A stretch of DNA of 63,292 nucleotides, filler included, from Octopus bimaculoides (taxonomy: Eukaryota): assembly GCF_001194135.2 (NCBI RefSeq). It is 9 parts of 9 records of this genome, joined end to end, with 100 filler letters (N's around TTAATTAATTAA, not from the genome) between each part and the next. Parts side by side here need not be neighbours in the genome. Positions count along the whole stretch, not along the records: positions 34,238 to 40,281 come from NC_068983.1; positions 40,382 to 41,596 come from NC_068988.1; positions 41,697 to 61,279 come from NC_069003.1; 6 more parts are not named here. One strand, 5' to 3'. The position numbers and the translations under genes were made by a program. This document shows positions 35,400 to 47,221 of this stretch, piece after piece. The notes beneath the pieces are model-generated. The model was not told the DNA's origin. It saw only the letters and a list, made by a program, of their open reading frames with translations, and made no database searches. Each line of letters begins with the position of its first letter. The first letter of the stretch is position 1.

Positions 35400-35599
35400 T
35401 ATGTGTGTGTGAGTGTGTGTGTGCAGTCAGTAAGCAGAGCTATTAGAACATCAGATAAAACACGTGTCCAACTAATTTTCAAATCCCCACTGTAAAGTAC
35501 TTCGTCTTTCATCGTGTTTGGCATCAGTAAAACAATAAAATAAGTACAAATCAGTTAAAAGGCAAAAGTAAAATTACCTTCTCAAGTAATACTGACTCA

Positions 35600-35810
35600 C
35601 AAAGTCTGGTTTTCTGGTTTCCATGACATAAATTCCCCACCTGGATGGGACACTGGTCCATCACAAGATTACTCATTTTTGCCATCTGAGTGGACTGGAG
35701 CAACATGAAGTGAAGTGTTTTGGTCAAGAATGCAATGTATTGCCTGGTCCAGGTATCAAAACCACAATCTTATGATCAACACCCTAGCCACTAAGCCATG
35801 CACCTCCACT
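35600..35810 (-). mobile_element. SINE family B with type-1 tail, CpG-depleted
   Basis: Minus strand GGAGGTGCATGGCTTAGTGGCTAGG...CATGTTGCTCCAGTCCACTCAGATGG...GATGGACCAGTGTCCCATCC. Confidence 0.85.
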
Positions 35811-35958
35811 AGTCCAGTATTGGCGCAGTCCTCTCACCCAGAAGCTGGCATATCTGAATGGTTCCTTGATTCAAGAATTTAAGGGTTGGGATTGAGTTTG
35901 TGTCTGCTCATAGCTACATGAAACAATTAGCAAAAGCCTGGTATAGATAAGCATATAT

Positions 35959-36381
35959 TCTTTTATCCTTTTATTTGTTTCAGTCTTTTGACTGTGGCCA
36001 TGCTGGAGCTCCGCCTTTAGTCAAACAAATCGACCCCAGGACTTATTCTTTGTAGACCTAGTACTTATTCTATCATTCTCTTTTTGCTGAACCGCTAAGT
36101 TACAGGGACGTAAACACCCCGGCATTGGTTGTCAAGCGATGGTGTGGGTGGGGAACAAACACTCAAATACATATATATGTGTGTATATATATATGTATAT
36201 ATATATATATATATATACGATGAGCTTCTTTCAGTTTCCGTCTACCAAATCCACTCACAAGGCTTTGATTGGCCCGAGGGTATAGAAAAAGACACTTGCC
36301 CAAGGTGCCACATAGTGGGACTGAACCCAGAACCATGTGGCTGGGAAGCAAGCTTCTTACCACACAGCCACTCCTGTGCCT
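35959..36381 (-). mobile_element. SINE family A, full length
   Basis: Colinear with 3435-3822, including the internal TA/TG microsatellite. Confidence 0.92.
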
Positions 36382-36555
36382 ATATGCACATAAATACATA
36401 TACATATATGAACNNNNNNNNNNTGTGCCTATATGCACATAAATACATATACATATATGAACATATGTGCATACATACATGCATGTATTGATGCATGCAT
36501 ACATACATACATACATACATACATACGTACACACATACATACATACATATATACA

Positions 36556-36678
36556 TGCCTTTTCAGTGTCCTACCAAATTCACTAACAAGACCTTTGTTG
36601 GCCCTGGGCTACAAGGGAAGACCTTTGTCCAAGATGGCATGCAGTGGGGCTGAACCCAATTCCACATAATTGGGAAGG
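36556..36678 (-). mobile_element. SINE family A head fragment, decayed
   Basis: CTACCAAATTCACTAACAAG...GCAGTGGGGCTGAACCC. Confidence 0.7.
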
Positions 36679-36709
36679 AAGTATGTATGTGTGTATGAAT
36701 GTGTGCATA

Positions 36710-36747
<38 letters not shown>

Positions 36748-36984
36748 TGAAAGAAAGAAAGAATGAGACAGAATGAGACAGAGAGTGAGAGAGAGACAAT
36801 CAGACACAGGCAGAGACAGAGACAGAGATGAAAATAGTTCCACAGTTCGACTTGTGATATATGTAGCAGTAAAAAGCATTTTTAACTAAACATTTTAATT
36901 TTTTTATGTTCTCCATTGGTTTTAGTGCAAGGGCTAACATATAAACCTACGAATATGTAGCACCTTCACTTCTGATTATTTCTT

Positions 36985-37560
36985 ATGTGACAACATCACA
37001 CCAATTTGTAGCCTTTTCACTGTTTTTTTTACTAGAGACTTTAATTAACACCATCATTATCCTGATCATGAAAATCAGGAAATCAATGATGATGATGATG
37101 ATGATGATGTTGGTGCCACTGATGCTGTTGATGAGAAAGGTGATGATGATAATGATGATGATAATGACGATGAGAATGACAACAATGATGATGATGATGG
37201 TTGTTGTGCTGTTGGTGATGATGATCATGGTGATGATTGATGATTATGGTGGTGGTGGTGATGATGACAGCGACAACGATGATGATGATGATGATGAGGA
37301 GGAGGAGGATGATACGGAGGAGGAGGACAATGACAAGGTATGCAAAGTTCGTTAGTTAACACTTCACATTCACTTTTGCCAAACTCGTACAACAAAAAAA
37401 AAAAAAATCCTATCACGGCCATCTTCATCCACATTATCATTATCCTTATTTCCTCCTCTGCTTTCATTTCAATTTTCCCCCTTCTTTATCATCATCATCA
37501 CTATCATCATTATCATCATTGTCATCATCGTTATTATCATTGTTGTCTATCTCCACTATT
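36985..37560. repeat. (GAT/GGT/GAG)n then (ATC)n low-complexity tract
   Basis: Direct reading. Confidence 0.9.
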
Positions 37561-37623
37561 CTCTACTGTCACGTTCACCACTGCCATCTAATTCAGTCTT
37601 ACATCATGAAATACTGCAATTTT

Positions 37624-37696
37624 TTTTATTGATACTTGTATTTGAAATCTTTACATAGTTCTTATGTAAAGATTTCAAATACAAGTATCAATAAAA
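37624..37696. repeat. Perfect inverted repeat: 34-bp arms, 5-nt loop
   Basis: TTTTATTGATACTTGTATTTGAAATCTTTACATA-GTTCT-TATGTAAAGATTTCAAATACAAGTATCAATAAAA; every pair checked by hand. Confidence 0.97.
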
Positions 37697-37769
37697 GTAT
37701 TCTATAAAGATTGACAAAAAAATTAAGTATGTGAAATCAATACATATTTTACATAAATATTGAAAAGGT

Positions 37770-38029
37770 GTGGAGGTGCGTGGCTTAGTGATTAGGGTGT
37801 CAGCACCATGATCGCAAGATTGTGGTTTCGATTTCTGGACCGGCGACACGTTGTGTTCTTGAGCAAAACACTTCATTTCACATAGCTCCAGTTCACTCAG
37901 CTAGCAAAAATGAGTAACGCTGCGATGGACTGGCGTCCCGTCCAGCTGAGGAACACATACGCTATTGAAACCAGGAAACTGGGCCCATGAGCCTGGCTAG
38001 GCTTTGAAAGGGTGCATTTATTTATATAT
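37770..38029 (+). mobile_element. SINE family B with type-1 tail and a 12-bp target-site duplication
   Basis: TATTGAAAAGGT at 37758-37769 and 38030-38041 brackets the element. Confidence 0.93.
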
Positions 38030-39393
38030 TATTGAAAAGGTACCCACAAAGTTATTATGTCAAAAATGTGAGAGAAATTTTTTCCTAACATGATATGTAT
38101 GTGTATGTATAATATGGTATTATTTGAATCTCTGTCTGAAGAATTTCTAATAGGATGTTTCTTACATGTCTATCTAACATGTAAATCTTTGTAATGCCTA
38201 TTAGTAAATGAAACGTGTGTAATGGTGAATAAATAATATGAAAAAATTTCCAGATTCCTGTTTTGTTGTATGTATGCATGTATGTATGAACATATGTATG
38301 TATATATGTAGGTATTTATGTATGTACGTACGTATGTATGTATGTACGTATGTATGTATGTATGTAAGTAGGTATGTAGATAGATAAGTATGTATGTATG
38401 TTATGTATGCATATATAATGATTAATTTGAAATTTCTCATCATGGAGAGTGATCACGGCCTGATGAGTAAAAGTGCTTATTTGAACTTGAAATTAATTGT
38501 TGTTACAGCCATTTAGACGAGAAATTGTAATATATTTAGGAACCTATATACAGAACTACATTCTCTAAAATGTATCCTGATAAGGACTGTAAACGTGATA
38601 AGAGAAAGATTTAGCTTCGATTTCTAGCCTCAAGTAGAGCTTTAGCAAATGTGTGCCTGGAACACATCACTTTTGGCATCACTAAAAATGTTATGCAATG
38701 TTTTTTCAAGGAGATAGGATATGATATGAGGTAAATTGTGGTGATCTTTTCTAGCAATTTGAAAGACCATACTTAATGCTTCTCTGTGTCTGTGAAGAAG
38801 ATAGACATTCATAGCTTCAGGAATCAGTATTAAAGAATGGCTCATAATCCACTGTCTGAGTAAAGTCTAACTATTTTTGCCATTTATCTCACTTATTATC
38901 TAAGTAATATTCTGCATGGCATAGCAAGGCATATGTTTTTTATGTCAGTGCCATAAACTGCAAGAATTCCAAGTGCTTTTACTGTAGATTCAGAAATGCA
39001 AAACAGATAAATAGATGAATCTCTTTATACATGAAGTCTGTTAAGGAAATTGAAACTTTTCACTTCCATTGACAATTTGTAAGTCTGAAGAAAAAGAGGT
39101 AGAAAAGAAAATGGAGTTGTTATACACTTCAGTATTTAACTACAATTACCAATGTCAGAAGGAATTATAATAATAACAGTACAAGTAGTAGTAGTAGTAG
39201 TAGAATAAAAAAGAATTTCTTATTAATAGCAACGGTAATATATACAAAGATACACATACAATTATGGACAAAAATATACATGAGGTAGGTCCCGAAATGG
39301 CATGCATTCTCTCTTGATGACTATCCACTTGCTGCCTTCCAGTATGCAGAACTTTCAACTAGTAGCACTTGCATGTGCAAGCTGTTTGCAAAA

Positions 39394-39461
<68 letters not shown>

Positions 39462-39668
39462 NNNNNNNNNNNNNNNNNNNNNNNNNNNNNNNNNNNNNNN
39501 NNNNNNNNNNNNNNNNNNNNNNNNNNNNNNNNNNNNNNNNNNNNNNNNNNNNNNNNNNNNNNNNNNNNNNNNNNNNNNNNNNNNNNNNNNNNNNNNNNNN
39601 NNNNNNNNNNNNNNNNNNNNNNNNNNNNNNNNNNNNNNNNNNNNNNNNNNNNNNNNNNNNNNNNNNNN

Positions 39669-39892
39669 ATTGGGTTGTCTGGAAAGTTCATGCTGATGTT
39701 TAAAGGAAAGAAAAAGGCCAATAACATTACATTTTTAATCAATCAAATATGAACCATTTTGTTGCACAATGCATCTTCATCTTTCCTTTAACTTGAAAAT
39801 ACCCTCTTCCCAGAATTGAGGTGGTTTCATGGCAAATAAGTCAAAAGGTAAGCTACTATAAATCGGCACGAACTTCCCGGACAACCCAATAT
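39669..39892 (-). mobile_element. Mariner-derived MITE (about 225 bp)
   Basis: 29-bp TIRs (25/29 identical) ATTGGGTTGTCCGGGAAGTTCGTGCCGAT, TA at the right end; the interior retains the mariner C-terminus MKPPQFWEEGIFKLKER*RCIVQQNGSYLID*. Confidence 0.88.
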
Positions 39893-40381
39893 ATATATAA
39901 AAAATAATTGAGATTCAATTGAAGCACCAAGTCAGTTTGGTATTATCTGCACAGCTTGAAGTGGATAAAATCAAAATAAGCAACAGGATATCAAGAAGTG
40001 ATGCAGTACGGCCGTTTCAAGGAGCTCCATTTAATTGAAGAATGCAAACATCACATCAATTTAAAGAATAGACTACACTTCCAAGAATCGCATGAATCTC
40101 ATTGGGGTCATAGCTTGTAAAGAATTGTGATTAAAATTCTATTTATTTATTTGCTTATTTTGATTATATATATATATATATATACACACACACATTCATA
40201 TATATTTATATATGCATACATATATATGCATATATACAAGCTTATCTGTATACATATGTATATATATATATATATATATATNNNNNNNNNNNNNNNNNNN
40301 NNNNNNNNNNNNNNNNNNNNNNNNNTTAATTAATTAANNNNNNNNNNNNNNNNNNNNNNNNNNNNNNNNNNNNNNNNNNNN

Positions 40382-40452
<71 letters not shown>

Positions 40453-40594
40453 TATAATAGTGTACAAAAAGCACCAATCCAGAACACCACAGACAAACAT
40501 ATGAATGAAAAGGAAGGCAAAACAAATATAAAGCCTGGAAATAACGAAGGGAAATCTAATAATTACGATACTATGAAAATGAGAATACACCGAG

Positions 40595-40741
40595 GAAGAC
40601 ACCGGGGAATTTTAACAAGAAGACACCGGGGAAGTTTAACAGAAAAGACACCGGGGAAGTTTAACAGAGAAGACACAGTGGAAGTTTAACAGAGAAGACA
40701 CCGGGGAAGTTTAACAGAGAAGACACCGTGGAAGTTTAACA
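40595..40741. repeat. 25-bp tandem repeat x6 (GAGAAGACACCGGGGAAGTTTAACA)
   Basis: Unit starts at 40597, 40621, 40646, 40671, 40696 and 40721; no spacers. Confidence 0.95.
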
Positions 40742-40812
40742 TGTGAGTACGATAAATCACTGCTCCGAAACTTATCCAAAAACATCGGAAATAAAGACAT
40801 CGCATGGAGCCA

Positions 40813-41172
40813 AAAAATAGCTAACAAAGGGTTGGACTATATCCGAGTAAGTAATACTCATTGGAATTTATTTCTATTTCTCCAAATATAATGATGTATT
40901 TCAACTTGATACCTCCACTACCCGCACAGCGATCGTAAACACACGTGTTACATCAAAATTCAGACCATCTCCAAACCCAAACACCGTGTACGAAAAATAG
41001 CTTACAAAGGGTTGGACTATATCCGAGTAAGTAATACTCATTGAAATTTATCTCTATTTTTCCAAATATAATGATGTATTTTAACTTGATACCTCCACTA
41101 CACGCAGGGCGATCGTAAACACACGTGTTACATCAAAATCAGACCATATTCGAACCCCAAAACACCATGTAC
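40813..41172. repeat. 180-bp direct tandem duplication
   Basis: AAAAATAGCT(A/T)ACAAAGGGTTGGACTATATCCGAG... at 40813 and 40993; the second copy ends at the ORF start. Confidence 0.95.
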
Positions 41173-41696
41173 AAAAAAATTACAAACAGATTAAATAACA
41201 CCAGTTTTATTCCACCCAAAAATAACAACCGAGAAGTACGTATTGTAAGCTTGTTACGAAAAAAGTACGAAGATATGAACGTGCAAAACAATCTGACAAC
41301 AGAAATAAACGAACCGGAACCCTACGAAAACGATAACCGTCAAAATAAAGGGCCGGACGTTGTTCCTCATGTCCCGCAAACAAAACCAAAACGGCATAAA
41401 TGGACACGTGAGGAACACATTTCGATCCTACACGCCTATTGCACAGCAGTGCTCTACCCAAAAAACGAAAACATAACAACACATACATATAAAATATGGA
41501 AGAAGAATAATGTAAATATAGACCTCGATAAAACAATGAACCCTAACAAACTAGCTAACATAAGAAGATATATTCTAAAAGCAAAAAAAAAAAAAANNNN
41601 NNNNNNNNNNNNNNNNNNNNNNNNNNNNNNNNNNNNNNNNTTAATTAATTAANNNNNNNNNNNNNNNNNNNNNNNNNNNNNNNNNNNNNNNNNNNN

Positions 41697-41732
<36 letters not shown>

Positions 41733-43814
41733 ATAAATAAATTCACTGTGTGGCATTATTATTTTCTGTAATAATGCCCCTTATATAAATATATATATAT
41801 ATACTTACCATATGGGAAAATTACAAAATAATGTAGGCAGCTATACACAATATAAGATCCCCAAAAAAGGAAAAATCAAATCGTTACCAATTGTGACTGA
41901 GGGTGATGGCTTGGAGGGTTGTCGCCTAAATGGCGCAAAACTGTCATCCGCCAAGACTATGGAATCCCCAATAAATGGTAGATGCAGCGATGCACTGTTA
42001 CAGCACATGACCCCATACTACTACTGCACGGAGAGTCACATTATACAATGTGTCCTTCCTTTATTTAAGACGACATTGTTTGATTTGTGGGAAACGTTGT
42101 TTCTATTTCTAGTAGATCAATTGACCACGGAAAGGCATCTTTTTCATTGTTTTGTCTTGTTTTAATCTCACCTAGAGAAGTGATGAAGAACTAGGGATTT
42201 TTTCACTCTCAAGTAATAGAAGACTATTTCATTTAAAACTTAATAATTTAACTAAGATTTATAATTAACATTTTTAAAATAACATGGCGGTGTAGGAGAT
42301 ATTAACGCAAAGCTGCTTAGATTAGCAAAAATGGACCTTTCTATACAAAGTGCTGATAAATCCGGCGCACAAAGAATTAAATTAGATGTTCTAAGAACAT
42401 AATTAAGAATTTTTTTATAATTGAAAGAAAATAAAAGGAATTATTTGTAGTAATTTTATAAAATATCTGCCTAAAATGAAATAAAATATTTCTAAAAAAA
42501 TGCACTTTCGATTGAGTTNNNNNNNNNNNNNNNNNNNNNNNNNNNNNNNNNNNNNNNNNNNNNNNNNNNNNNNNNNNNNNNNNNNNNNNNNNNNNNNNNN
42601 NNNNNNNNNNNNNNNNNNNNNNNNNNNNNNNNNNNNNNNNNNNNNNNNNNNNNNNNNNNNNNNNNNNNNNNNNNNNNNNNNNNNNNNNNNNNNNNNNNNN
42701 NNNNNNNNNNNNNNNNNNNNNNNNNNNNNNNNNNNNNNNNNNNNNNNNNNNNNNNNNNNNNNNNNNNNNNNNNNNNNNNNNNNNNNNNNNNNNNNNNNNN
42801 NNNNNNNNNNNNNNNNNNNNNNNNNNNNNNNNNNNNNNNNNNNNNNNNNNNNNNNNNNNNNNNNNNNNNNNNNNNNNNNNNNNNNNNNNNNNNNNNNNNN
42901 NNNNNNNNNNNNNNNNNNNNNNNNNNNNNNNNNNNNNNNNNNNNNNNNNNNNNNNNNNNNNNNNNNNNNNNNNNNNNNNNNNNNNNNNNNNNNNNNNNNN
43001 NNNNNNNNNNNNNNNNNNNNNNNNNNNNNNNNNNNNNNNNNNNNNNNNNNNNNNNNNNNNNNNNNNNNNNNNNNNNNNNNNNNNNNNNNNNNNNNNNNNN
43101 NNNNNNNNNNNNNNNNNNNNNNNNNNNNNNNNNNNNNNNNNNNNNNNNNNNNNNNNNNNNNNNNNNNNNNNNNNNNNNNNNNNNNNNNNNNNNNNNNNNN
43201 NNNNNNNNNNNNNNNNNNNNNNNNNNNNNNNNNNNNNNNNNNNNNNNNNNNNNNNNNNNNNNNNNNNNNNNNNNNNNNNNNNNNNNNNNNNNNNNNNNNN
43301 NNNNNNNNNNNNNNNNNNNNNNNNNNNNNNNNNNNNNNNNNNNNNNNNNNNNNNNNNNTTTTTTTTTTTTTTTTTTCTTTTCTTAAGTTTCAGCTTAGAG
43401 CTGCGGCCATGCTGATGCACCACCGTGGTATATATATATACACGCAAAACATGAATATCACATGAATCAAAATACAAATAACCAACTCAAATTAAACGCA
43501 ATATATCACACATACATATATATTAAGATGCTTTGGTCAAAAGACGTAGACACACAAGCATACTGGATTATACATATTAATACATAAAACAAAACCAAGA
43601 CATGACCAAATATACACACTCACACACGCACACACACGCATAACACACTCATAAATACATACTCATACATATGCATATACACAGAAACACATTGACGCAT
43701 TCATACGCATTCATACAGTGACACATACACGCACTAATATGCACTCGCATAAATGCACGCATACAAACATTTTAGGCACAGATAGATAAACTATTACTCA
43801 CCGTGAGCCAACAA

Positions 43815-45062
43815 GGGTGCCTCGAGGTGACCTCTACACCTACTGGAAATGGCAACCAAATCTACCTGAGTTCACAATCTATCGTCTCAGAAAGGAAAGA
43901 GTTGTTATACACTGCATCTGAAAAATACAAAAAAGCGGGATAGTCACATCTGGAATGTCTTTCGATCAAGGGTCTGTTTGATCAGAACTGACCTGGGCCT
44001 AAGAAATAGCAATAAACATCTCCTTCTAGTCTGTCGACTCGCTAGAAATAAAAGTATCCGAATCTCCCTTTATATGTCATTACAGTTTGGAAAAGAGAAA
44101 AGACGTGTAAGAAAATGTAGTTGAAGATAAAAAAAGATTGGATGGTTACGTCTGGGACATCTTTGATCAAGGATCGACCCGATCGAACCCATTCTGCATT
44201 TAAATAAACCCCACCCAACCACCGCCATCACGACCACAACCATCACTACCACCAACAACGACGACGATAAAACAACAACAAAAAAGAACAACGGTTACAA
44301 AAATTGGCAAAAAAATGTAAGTTAGTCTTTGGTCGCTTGACCTACAAGAAATGGCAGTGATTTTTCTCTCAGATTACATTTTTCTGTCTTTAAACGGAAA
44401 GGATACATAAAATAATATGATTCTAGATGCGCTATGTCCGGGTGGTAAATTAGATCGGACATCTATACGATGTCCAATCTCTTCTACAGCAACAATAACG
44501 TTATCTGTAACTGCGGTTCATGTCATGGGCTAACCTGAACATCACATCTGTATTAACCTTCCGGATATCGCAGTCTCCGAGGTTCTGCAATGGCCTTAGG
44601 AAATCCTCTCCCTACTCATACATAGTATGAATAAAAGGGGAACTACAAACTAGCAAAGGACCACCCACAAACACTTGATCTGCGAAAAATAGTAACAAAA
44701 TCTTACTTAAATCACACATATAAGAAGAAAGGAAAGAAGGGATTCATTAGATAACGTCCTAGCAACATTATGTATGAATATAGACAGAACAATCGTGTCT
44801 TGCAAACTTTTGGCCATGGGTCGGCTGGATTAAAGTTGAGGTGGAGCTTAACAACTGAAATATCACTAAGGCCATCTCGAGAGTCAAGATAGAGGTCTGT
44901 ACGTGGTCGTGTGTCTTGTTAGAAATAGTAGCCAAATTTATCTCAAATCGCACACCTCTTAGATAGTGAAGCACTGGATGATGTTGATTTGGGTATATCT
45001 AGAAAAAGAAAGACAACACGGTCGGTGTACCCAATGATGTTTGATCTAGAACTAAATAGCAA
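43815..45062 (+). mobile_element. Cluster of about 4 diverged copies of unclassified repeat family E
   Basis: Recurring GCTAGAAATAG(C/T)AGCCAAAT-like and TTTGATC...CTGGG(G/C)CTAA-like segments at about 43815, 44020, 44322 and 44895; related fragments at about 7500-7650 (+) and 5697-5770, 31660-31830, 42040-42160 (-). Confidence 0.55.
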
Positions 45063-45976
45063 AACTTCTGTAACATCAACATTATCAAATAATTTTCACG
45101 AAGCCGGTTTTTAATTGTAACAGGAAAGTTTCGTGAAGAATTAATTATGAAAAAGAGATTTGTTTTACTGGTCGCAATCAGACGTAGATTTCCGACTGGG
45201 CAGAGTCAAACGAAACGGCCATTTTGCAATTTATATTTCATGCAACAGTAATGTGTAATTCGAGTGAAAGTCAGTTAGCAATTAACATTTCATATAACTT
45301 TTAATTACTGTTCTTGCATTCTTAGAATGGCAGACATTTGAATATGATAATTCAGTTATTTTCTGATAATCATGAAATATCAGACATCATTTGGTTATTG
45401 ACCAAGATATAATAATTTAGGCTGAATTATCTGCCGAGGACATTTTCGAAGCGTTTGAGCACGAAACTGATTGATTCGTTGAACCAGTGGAGCATCGGAC
45501 ACTATGTCTTGTCGTATTTAGATGCGATATTTTAAATCCTGACTTCAAATCCTATGGGTGTCACCTTTTCTTTTCATCCAATGTGTACTTTTTTTCCCCT
45601 TCATTTAAAATTTTGATGTAATACTTCAAGATTTAGTTGTTTTTTCAGCAGATTGAGCAATCACTTAAATATTAGTTCGTAGTTCCCTTCTATTCACTTT
45701 CCTACGATGAGTCGCTGGGGAGAGTTTCTTGAATCATCGCAGAGACTTATATACTGCAGCATTGAGAATGCCTGCGCCATACCATTATTGGGCCATCAGT
45801 TCCTGATTGAGGCACAAGGGAGCCGTCGTGACTTATGTTGTGTCTTGAGCATTGTAAATTCCAACTTAGTCTGATTTTCACGTTTTATTATTTACAATAA
45901 TGATATACACATATAATGTATGTGTGAGCATGTGCGTGTGCGCGTGCGTGTGTGTATGCAGCTATGTACGCATGTG

Positions 45977-46012
<36 letters not shown>

Positions 46013-46300
46013 TATATNNNNNNNNNNNNNNNNNNNNNNNNNNNNNNNNNNNNNNNNNNNNNNNNNNNNNNNNNNNNNNNNNNNNNNNNNNNNNNNNNNN
46101 NNNNNNNNNNNNNNNNNNNNNNNNNNNNNNNNNNNNNNNNNNNNNNNNNNNNNNNNNNNNNNNNNNNNNNNNNNNNNNNNNNNNNNNNNNNNNNNNNNNN
46201 NNNNNNNNNNNNNNNNNNNNNNNNNNNNNNNNNNNNNNNNNNNNNNNNNNNNNNNNNNNNNNNNNNNNNNNNNNNNNNNNNNNNNNNNNNNNNNNNNNNN

Positions 46301-46348
<48 letters not shown>

Positions 46349-47149
46349 CATATATATCTGTGTGCGTGTGTATGTGTATGTGTGTGTGTGTGCGCCCGTG
46401 CGTGTGTTTACATGAATATATATTTATATACACATGTATCCATGTACAAGTACACCTACATGTATACATAGTTACAAATATATATGCAATTATATACCTA
46501 TATATTCCTAATTTAGTTTCACCCAGAATCACATTATTTAAAGGTTAACAGGGAGATAGAAACGATCACTGTTCGTACGGATATTTGCTTCTGATTCTCA
46601 ACCAAGCTTTCAAGGAATATGTATTTATTGCATGTATAAATCTATTATTAATACTCTCCTGCATCAGTCTGTAAATACAAATATGTCCAAACCATGCCAA
46701 CATGGAAAGGGACGTCACATGATGATGATGGTAACGGTGACAAACTCTACAAAACGTGTTGCGTTCTCTTTCCTTTCATCTGTGAACCTTCCCTCCTCCC
46801 TTTTGCTCTCTTCCAGTTACACAAATATATACTCATCCATGCGTAACAAACTAGAAAATGAGATATGAATACTGCGTCGACGGATGGATAAAGCCTTTAG
46901 ATATTAGAGCTCTGTTAACATTACTGCAATGAATTCATGCGAATAAAATTACAACTATTCAATCGAAGTTTGAATAGTACAAGCAAATCGGCTTTCTTGC
47001 ACGACTGTGAATAAAGAAGATTGAAAATGGGATTTCGTTAGACAACAAATATCTATTCTACTATAGACCCGGTGATTAATACCTTGTAAGTGAATTTGTT
47101 TTCATGAAAACTGCGCAGAAACCAATCGTATATACATACATATATATAG

Positions 47150-47221
47150 ATGTTGACCTATTCCGTGACTTATTCCATGACCTTAACAATGTCTACTTTG
47201 TTAAAATGTCTGCGGCTGGAG
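47150..47221 (+). CDS. Candidate host-gene exon (possibly first coding exon, ATG 47206: M-S-A-A-G); product unknown
   Basis: Consensus donor GAG|GTAAGT at 47221/47222; AAAATG context; frame open from 47150; strong acceptor TTTTTGTCTTTCTTTCTCAG| at 47471; no recognisable TE in the surrounding sequence. No homology recognised. Confidence 0.3.

Larger units (their letters stand above)
40452..41597 (+). mobile_element. 5' portion of an R4/Dong-like non-LTR retrotransposon abutting (TAA)n
   Basis: The ORF from ATG 41167 contains KRHKWTREEHISILHAY...IW...NKLANIRRYILK, matching the R4-clade N-terminal domain pattern; it starts right after the (TAA)n run at 40382-40451 and is cut by a gap. Confidence 0.6.

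Noticed and set aside
36375-36462. 39-bp direct duplication
   Set aside because: It flanks a 10-N gap exactly, which is typical of unmerged contig overlap.
38455-38503. Third hammerhead-like motif (CTGATGA...GAAA-TTAA-TT)
   Set aside because: The core and a palindromic stem III are present, but stem II does not pair at its base and stem I relies on G.U pairs. It may be a CpG-decayed relic, but this is not supportable without a family consensus.
38642-38845. Protein-like 67-aa ORF or possible exon
   Set aside because: No homology recognised, and splice signals are weak or inconsistent on both strands.
40595-40741. CRISPR-like look of the 25-bp repeats
   Set aside because: Units are directly adjacent with no unique spacers; eukaryotic context, no cas genes.
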